Below, one piece after another: positions 55,227 to 64,000 of a DNA stretch of 64,000 nucleotides (the first letter of the stretch is position 1; each line of letters starts with the position of its first letter). The stretch is from Octopus vulgaris. Lineage: Eukaryota. The stretch is from NCBI GenBank assembly GCA_951406725.2, contig OX597823.1:114328001-114392000 (forward strand), in the 5' to 3' direction. The notes under the pieces were generated by a model. That model did not search any database. It was not told the DNA's origin and saw only the letters and a list, made by a program, of their open reading frames with translations. The translations under genes and the position numbers were made by a program.

Positions 55227-56861
55227 TATTAGGTATACGTATACATATATTAGGTATACGAGGGTTGAAATTTTTGTCGGGAGAGCTCATCATTTGCATC
55301 AACACCAGTGCTCATCTGATATCCGAAAGGCTGAAAGGCGAAGTCAAGCTCAGCGCAGTTTGAACTCAGGACGTAAAGATGGATGAAATGCCGCTTCCTG
55401 TTTTGACCGACGTGCTACCAATTCTGCCAGCTCAAAACCTTTCCTGAAGTTGTAATTACTGTGTTTATTCCGCTTAGGAAACTACAATGGATGTTTCAAT
55501 TTGTTATCCCGTAGGGAGCCTAAATATTAGAACTTAAGTTATCTTACTTTACAGCCATAGAACTTCTTTAACGCTGTTTTATATACGTGCTTTTACAATA
55601 ACAATCAAATGATATTGTCTTCTCTCCGAGTAAAATCATTTCTAATGTCTCGTCTCCCAATTATTTCGATGTAGGACATGTGGAAAATTAAACATAATGA
55701 CGTTCTTCTGATACCCCCTTCCAGCGAACGGGAAATGGACGAGTGTCAAATTTAGTGTAAAGTGCCAAAATTGAAACCTCACACACAAGAATGAACAATT
55801 TAAAATCTCTTAGAAATGTTTTAGGAGACTGTCATTTACTTTTGAAGAAACTGTTGCCAAGGTCAAAGGTCCATCTCAACTAAAGTAGTTGAAAGTATTT
55901 TTAAGAGATTATATAATACTTTTGAAAGCTTATTTTCTGAACTTCATGGAGGCGTCAAGGGATAGTAAAAGTCGATGATAATAATTACCAATCATTGAAG
56001 CATGTTTCAATGTTTCTGCGTTGAGTGCAAATGTTATAAATTCTTAAAACTCTGCGGCTCTTCCATTTACGCGACGAAAATCAAAATGACAATACTGATT
56101 CTTACATAATACATCAAACATTCAATTCATGCCAAAGATAACTTCAACGCAACTAAAGAAATATTGGTTGGAATATATAGTTTCTATGGTGTTCGCCCCA
56201 TTTCTTGACCCTTAGACAAATTGTCATATTGCTCGAGAACGAAATTTGAATTTTATTGCACTTAGTTTCCATATTTCCTTCGGTATTACCTTATTTCTTA
56301 GGTTTTTCTTTTCCTTCTTTTTGTCTTTTTTATGTCTTTTTCTTGGAACGTAAACATAAAATATAAGTCAACTGTTGACAGCGGACACAGTGTCATTCAT
56401 CATTTTTAAACTGGAATTAATCTATTTAGTGTTTAGCAACGGAAGCATTAAGTTGATTGAATGTACGACAGTTTTATTCCACCTGGAAATATCTAGAAAG
56501 TTTTGAATACATAATGCATATATTCACGTGCTAACATTAAATATTCATATGGTCAGGTATTGTGAAATATTATTTTCTTAGCAACTAAACAAGAGGTGTA
56601 AACTTGATTGACTTGACAGCAGTATATATAACTGGTACCATTCAGAGAGAACCCGGGGGAACATAAAACTAGACTTACTGAGGAAAAACAAACGTAGTAT
56701 CACAATAAAAATTCTATATTCATACATCAAATACGCAACGCAATGTTGCCAACCATTGTTTAATATTACAAGCGAGGTATGATAACTTATTCTGAGAACT
56801 TACATATTCTTTAAGATGTGTACGTAGCCAACTTCTAACTGATATGCTTATATTTTGGAAC

Positions 56862-57190
56862 TTCAAACTCTGCAACACATATTTACAAAGTAAGAAAACA
56901 GCACAGCTCCCATGACTTCAGGAAACATTTTTTCATGCTGAGAGTTGCTGAAGCGTGGAACAAACTGCCGGCATCGGTTGTTAGTTGTCGGAGCACTGCA
57001 TCCTTCAAAACTTCCATGCTTCCTGAGATTCGCCAACACTACACTTGATTTTCTCCCCTCCATACACACACAAGCATGTTCACTTTCCAGACATTTCTAC
57101 ATTACTGCATGTACTTTATATGCACTTTCTGACAAGTTGTGGTGCACCTGAGCACTGTATACAATAATTTCATTATTATTATTTTATTAT
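56862..57190 (+). mobile_element. CR1-like LINE 3' fragment
   Basis: RKHFFMLRVAEAWNKLPASVVSCRSTASFK (cf. CR1 FFSxRVVxxWNxLP..VV...S...FK), ending in (ATT)n. Confidence 0.75.
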
Positions 57191-57229
57191 TATAACATTA
57201 CACTAATATAATACAATCCTAAAAACATT

Positions 57230-57800
57230 TTCTCTTATATTAATTTAAGTACATCTAAAATGTAGATCACTACCACAACACCAAGATAGCAATACAAATG
57301 TCTCTCTCCCAATTAGAGATACATTTACAATCTCATTCGATATTACTATGAGCACTGTCTCACCCATTCTTTCTTGATACCTATACATTAAGCCTGATTA
57401 CTATTATAACACAAGCCCGTCAAAACTCTGTCTTATCTTTGAATCCATTTTAACATTTCCTCTACTACGTTTTGTACAGACACTTTATAGCGCACTATAA
57501 CACTACTAGAATACCATCCTAACAATACTATTCCCTCACTCACTCAAGATACATCTACATCATACCGGAATACTGCTTCAATATCATCCTAATAATAATA
57601 TCTATCCCCTCAGTCAATTCAGGTACATCTGGAAAACACTAGACCATTACTACATTACTACTAAAAAGCCTGTTCTCTTATACAGTACAGATACATCTGC
57701 AACATGCTAGGACGCTATAGCCACAACATTACATTTAATTATATCTCTACCTCACAGTTCAGACACATCTACGACACCAGAACCACTTGTGAAACATTCT
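57230..57800. repeat. Old degenerate tandem repeat (~70-80-bp period)
   Basis: Recurrent TCTC..CA...AGATACATCT.C.A.A..ACTAG motif, for example near 57318, 57547, 57620, 57689 and 57761. Confidence 0.5.
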
Positions 57801-57893
57801 CTGCCATTCAGCAACATGGTACATTTTTCCTTATTCAATTACGAAATGAATGCAACGCTAGTGTTGTAAACATTATCGACCGCACATACTCAG

Positions 57894-58224
57894 TGTATGC
57901 GTTTTGCTTATCCGCCAGTACGCAGCGAGTAGCGCGATTGGAATGACTCCCTCATAACTCTGGGTGTTAAAACACTGTTTGTATATAATCATAGTCTGAC
58001 GATGCGATTCGTTCCCGGTTCGTTCACGTACGAGGTGTTGATAAACCACAACAATGGCGCAATAGTAATATGCATCCAATCCCATCCATCACTCCTTGTT
58101 GGGACTGGAAGCTAATTGTCTCAAGTGTCTATGGCCTTCACGTGTATTGACACCAAGTGTTATGATGGAGTCAGCCCCATCGTGCTTTGCCGCAGCGAAC
58201 TGGCGAACAAGCAAAACTCATGCA
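57894..58224. mobile_element. MITE-like element with ~80-bp imperfect inverted ends
   Basis: TGCGTTTTGCTTATCCGCCAGTACGCAGCG versus CGCAGCGAACTGGCGAACAAGCAAAACTCA, and CATAACTCTGGGTGTTAAAACAC versus GTGTATTGACACCAAGTGTTATG. Confidence 0.6.
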
Positions 58225-58589
58225 ATGAGTTTTTCTATAGGTTTTTCTTATATTTTCTATTTCCAAATACACCATGAGATATCTTTGTACGCAAGCATAT
58301 ATTCTTATAAACCGTAATATATTTAGGTATAACATCCATCAGTAGAGTCTCTATGGAATAAGTATGAAATAGCAGATCACCGTACATGACGGTTTGAGGT
58401 ATTTATAGTATCTCTTTATATACACCGATTCAAGTTACCCGAAATCAGTATTTCCTTTCGTTCATCAAGTCCAATTTAGAGATGGCTATTCGACACAGAC
58501 ACCCAAATATCAAGGTAAAGATTTAGATAGTAGAATTCAATATTTCTCTATAAATTAAGTATTGTACCTTGTTAATTATTAATACTGAT

Positions 58590-59040
58590 ATCAAATTTTG
58601 GCCCAAGGCCAGGAATTTCAAGACAGTCGGTAAGTTGATTACATTGACTCCAATGATCAACAGGTAGTTAATTTATCGAGCCTGAACGGATGAAAGGTAA
58701 AGTTGGCCTCAGCAGTTTTTTTTAACTCGGAACGTGAAGACGGACGAAATGCTGTTAAGCATTTTGTCCGACGTGCAAACGATTCTTCTATTTCGCCGCC
58801 TTAAGTAAATTATTAATATTCATTGCATATTAAGGCAGCTAGCAGAATTATCAGCACACCGAGCAAAATGCTTAGCGGCATTTCGTCCGTCTTTACGTTC
58901 TGAGTTCAAATTCCACCGAGGTTGACTTTTTCTTTCATTCTTTTCTGGCCGATAGAATACGAGTCAGTCGAACATTGATGACAATGTAATCGACTTATCC
59001 CCTCTCCCAAAATTGCTGACCGTGTACCAAAATTTGGACC
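58590..59040. mobile_element. Head-to-head pair of SINE C-related copies
   Basis: Minus copy ~58590-58802 and plus copy ~58833-59040, about 30 bp apart. Confidence 0.75.
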
Positions 59041-60309
59041 AGTATTCACTGTATATTGTTCAGCGTTAACATAAATGCCAAATTATCGCATTTCTCTCAC
59101 ATAATATATTGTTGTTTCGATAAAAAAAACAAAAAATTGGGGTAAGCATTCGTTAACACAAGCCCATTGTTTGACGAATCCAAGTATTTTCAAAGGAAAA
59201 TTCGATCTAGGACTGGTTTGATCTCAGGAATTGAAGAGACGTAAGTAACTATTTCGTTAGCCTCTCTACCATTTCCACCACTCCACCACCCCATTATTCC
59301 TTCTGATTTTATTTAAAGGCGTGGACTTTGCAGTATTGCTGAATGTTGGGAAAAAAAAATTCATGCGGTATTTCTTCTGGTTCGTTACGTTCTGAGATCG
59401 AATCACACCGAGAATAAATTTTGTCCTTCATCCTTCCGGGGTCGAGAAAATATAGTACTAGTGAAGCACTGGTTTCATGGTATTACCTAATCCCCACCGG
59501 TCAAAATTATCGGCTTTGTGATTAGATCAGAAGCCATTATGGATACAAGCCAGCACCAAAGCCTCTACGCCGTCGCACGACATGATAGGCCGATCAACTG
59601 ATTTCCTCTCAACAACAAAGGTAGAATCTGCAAAAATTATATTTGTTAATGAAGTCCAGATTATATTCATTGATGAAAAAATAAGACGGAATAGTCTTCG
59701 CTTCAATGAATTTTGATAATAGGTCTGTTAGATTAGAACATGTATATAGAGACATACCTGAAATTGTTCAGGTAGAAATGAATCTCCTCTTATATACCGG
59801 CAGGCACACATGAAGGCAAATATACAAACATACATACATTCATACATATATGCCTATATACATCTCGACTCACTTAACTGTCTAACTGTCAAGCTAGACA
59901 GTTAAGTAAGTACCTACCTACATACATACATACATACATACATACATACATACATACATACATACATACATACATACATACAAACATACATACACACACA
60001 TACATACATGCATAGAAGGACTACAGATGGAATGTCCCTGTGAAAAATTGTAAATATAAAATACCTGACATAGTAGTTTGGGACAGAGAAGAGCAAGTGT
60101 AGAGAGCAGCAGAAATTAGCTGCTCTCCCAAAGTTACCATTAAGCTAAACATAAGCGAAAACAAAAACCTTCACAGATCTTTTGAGAAACCTACAGTTAC
60201 TCTACCCAGATTACAAGTTAGGGTTTATACTAGTAATTATTGGGGCACTGGTATATGTAACACACTGGTAAGTACCGACCCTAAGAAATTAGGCCTCCCT
60301 AAACATACG

Positions 60310-60562
60310 TGCATACATACATATATACAGACATGCATACATACATACAGACATACAGACATACATACATACATGCATACATACATACATACACACATAC
60401 ATGCATACATACATACATACATACATACATACATGCATACATACATACATGCATGCATACATACATACATACATACATACATACATACATACATACATAC
60501 ATACATACATACATACATACATACATACATACATACATACATACATACATACATACATACAT
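60310..60562. repeat. (CATA)n microsatellite
   Basis: Direct reading. Confidence 0.95.
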
Positions 60563-62768
60563 ACTGAGTCTGTCGAAAACAATATCAAAGAAGCAGAGTT
60601 TCAACATTGATTCAAACATGTTTCTAATGTAATATCATAAATTCTTTAGTACAAAGCATTGAAGTGCAATACTGGAGCAAGTCTGAAAAATACGCGGCAA
60701 ATAAATGGTTCGAAAGGAGCATCTCAAAAAGTATTCCCCGAGTGATGATGAAGGATACAGTCCAACAGAATTCGCACTACGCTAGAGCAGAAAAATGAGA
60801 GATTAAAGCATTTCTGCTTATCAGCAGACTGTTAAGCATGTCTATGTTGTTAGTAAATTTTGGTGAGAAACAGTAACGTAGGTAACTAAAGTAGTCACTA
60901 ATGGACTAACAACCGGTATATCAGTTCTCATATAGTAGGATCTCTTTATTTGCAATCCACAAATAAGTAATAATGAAATACCCTATATAATTGATTCACA
61001 GATTGGAAAGGGATCTAGTTGAAGCATTGAAGTATAACAATTAGTGTTATCGTCTCAGAAGAGTTAATACTGTAACGTGTGTAATACTGTAGAAAAGCAG
61101 CTGTCCGAAAATATCATTACATATAATTGCAGTGTAGCAGCCAAAGTACTTTACATTGCAAATGACTGATAAGAATGACTTTTAAAGATCAAACTATAAA
61201 GAATTTAGTAAGACAGACCTCATACTCGACAGTATTATAAAAGAATATTGGTGGAACGTTACTCTTATAACTAGCCAGGTATTTATGATCAGGGATGTGA
61301 AAGAGTGTGTCGTGGGCAGCGGTAAATTATATTAATCCATTCAAATGCGAAAATAAGCTTAAATATTAGTGAAAGAGGAGACACCTGTGTCTTACTGACT
61401 AAAACTTACAAATGTATACGTACGATTATTGGGGCTCCAAGTTCTATACCTTGCGGTCTCAGTGGCAGTTTTGAGAAGCAAGATTTCCAAAAGCAGAAAG
61501 AACTCGGCTATAAACTTACATTTACTATGCGCTTATATTTACAAAGACGTACTTGAATTATGATGATAAGTAAACAGTTTAGTTCTGACTAAATACATTG
61601 CAATATTTATAGGCATGCTACCAAGTGAATGCGCGTTATATATAAATCGCTGTCTATGTGTATGTGAGAGCATGTGTTTGCGTGTGGGTGTGTGCGTGTT
61701 TTTGCCTTCCTGCTTGCATGCTTATATCCATGCATGTGTGTGTGCGAGCATGTGTACGTGTGTGTGCTCATGTGTGTGTGTGTGTGTGTGCGTGTGTGTG
61801 TGTGTGTGTGTCTGTGTGTGTGTGTACGTACAAATATATGCATACATACACTCATATACAGACACACACACATATCCAAGTGCGTTTTTGCCTGTGTAAG
61901 TGTGTATATATGTGTGTGTGTTTGCGTGTGAGTATGTGTATGTGTAAGTGTGTGTATGTGTACGTGTGTGTATGTTTTTATCAAATTGATGAATTCTAAT
62001 AAAAGTGTCTGGTTTCTAAATTGAATACCTGCTATTTCTCTTGGTGAGAAATTTAAAAAGAAACATATGATAAAAAACATACATACATATTTATACATCC
62101 ACATACTTACACACGTGCGTGAATATAAAGTACGTACGCCCGCACGCACACACACACACACACACATACACACACACACATGTTCAAATACACACAGTGT
62201 TGTCTCATTTTAAATAAAATTGGGAGATGCACAAATATACGATTATATCAACAAAAAATCTTTTTTTCAAAAACCAAGAATATAGAAACGCACAAACATA
62301 TTGATAAATGTATATCTGCGTCCGTTTGTGAATTTTTGTATACACATTCATCAAAGCCGACATAATTTTATCAATTTCTGAATCTTCTACTTAAAAACAA
62401 ATCGAAGTAGATGCAAGAAAAATGTTGAGAGACAAGGAACACAGCAGGAGTGTTAACGATATTTATGTCTCTACTTCCATTTTGGATTTTTCTTGGCAAT
62501 TTTCTTTTCAGAAATCCTAGTGTTTTATTCAAACATATATTCCATAAGTTAGTATTTCACCTACTTCTGATATATTCTAAGAGAGAAAATGGAATTTTAT
62601 GATGTATTTAGACTGTGACAAAACGGTTGGTGGAGAAAGCTGAAGAAGGAAATGATAAAAAAAAAATCTACCAATTTTAAGTAGACTTCAGTGAAAGTGT
62701 GTGTCGTGTGTATACAGCTATACATATGATATATATGCGTGCGTACATATAATTGTGTGGGTGTGTAC

Positions 62769-62918
<150 letters not shown>

Positions 62919-63006
62919 TTGCATACACACACAAATATATATATATATATTTATTTGTCTGTGTATGCAAATGTATATATTCATATTAATATGTATGTAT
63001 ACGTGC

Positions 63007-63038
<32 letters not shown>

Positions 63039-63044
63039 GTATAC

Positions 63045-63084
<40 letters not shown>

Positions 63085-64000
63085 TATGAGAGAGAGAAAT
63101 AGGTGATATGGATACATCTGTATGCATGTACACATATATACATACGTGAGTATTATGTGTACATATATATGTATACATCCATATATATATGTATATACAT
63201 ATCCAAATATATTTATATATATATATATACATGTATATATGCATACACACACACATATATATATATATTCATATACCTATTTTATAATTTATATTGTTTC
63301 CGTGTGTGTGTGTGTGTGTGTGTGGATGTATCAGAGAGGAGAGATTAATAAAAGAGAGCTGCCCCCCCTCCCACAGTCAGTACACTTGCAAGTTCTGTTT
63401 ATCCATGTGTATATAATTGGAGGATTTACCTTCAAGAAATGTAAACTGAAATTCTCGGGCAAATAAATTTGTCACAGAACATAATACATTAAATAGAAAA
63501 CTGGAATTAATGGCATCACTTTGAATCCTTTAGTCGTAAGTTGCTTTTCCTGTAAAGTACTTTAGTTCGATATATTTTCATCCATATCTAGTAGCACTCG
63601 TTTTATAGAAGAGGAGAGTCAGTGAGGCCATTGACGAATTGCGGGGGCCTTTTTCCCCGTCCAATTGTTAATATAATCATTTCTTTTGGCGGAAGTCCTT
63701 GTCTCTATGAACGAAAAATATTGTAATTAATTCCAGCTCTTTTTCCGCGATGTAAATATGTACGGAGCGAATTTTAAATCGTCCACGAATTTATATTTGT
63801 ATGTATCAAATATTATCATTTACCAAATAGTACCTTCAGAAAGACGAACGTTTTAACACTGATAGCTTTTCCTCAATATTATTGAATTTCATTTGTTTTT
63901 TGGGTTTTTTTTTTCTGACAGTTACAATAAGTTAAATAAGGTGTACACAGCTCTCTACATTTTAAATATTTCTTCAACTTTATTATCTGATTTCTATTTC

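Overview
AT-rich, microsatellite-saturated eukaryotic DNA with no host gene exon that I can support. The repeat landscape looks like an Octopus/cephalopod intron or intergenic region, which is an inference. Most long ORFs in the track are artefacts of microsatellites, satellites or palindromes. Ordinary content: three tRNA-like SINE families, decayed Tc1 and mariner transposons and MITEs, CR1-like, RTE-like and R4/Dong-like LINE fragments, and two minisatellites. The main signal is a set of about a dozen 0.1-1 kb non-coding elements from several families. Nearly all sit in or against (TA)n arrays and form fold-back inverted duplications or partial tandem repeats. Most carry an intact, variant or truncated type I hammerhead ribozyme (HHR) motif, usually with a palindromic stem III. 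One also keeps the C-terminus of a GIY-YIG endonuclease, which ties the group to Penelope-like retroelements (PLEs). Notable details: an HHR core with an A3-U8 swap, 481-602-nt monomers copied past one full unit (retrozyme/circular-RNA-like), and inversion breakpoints at the ribozyme. A 2.2-kb retroelement encoding only an ORF1 (zinc knuckle) is inserted, with a target-site duplication, into the tRNA head of a SINE. All folds and alignments were done by eye, and boundaries are approximate unless a TSD or TIR is quoted.
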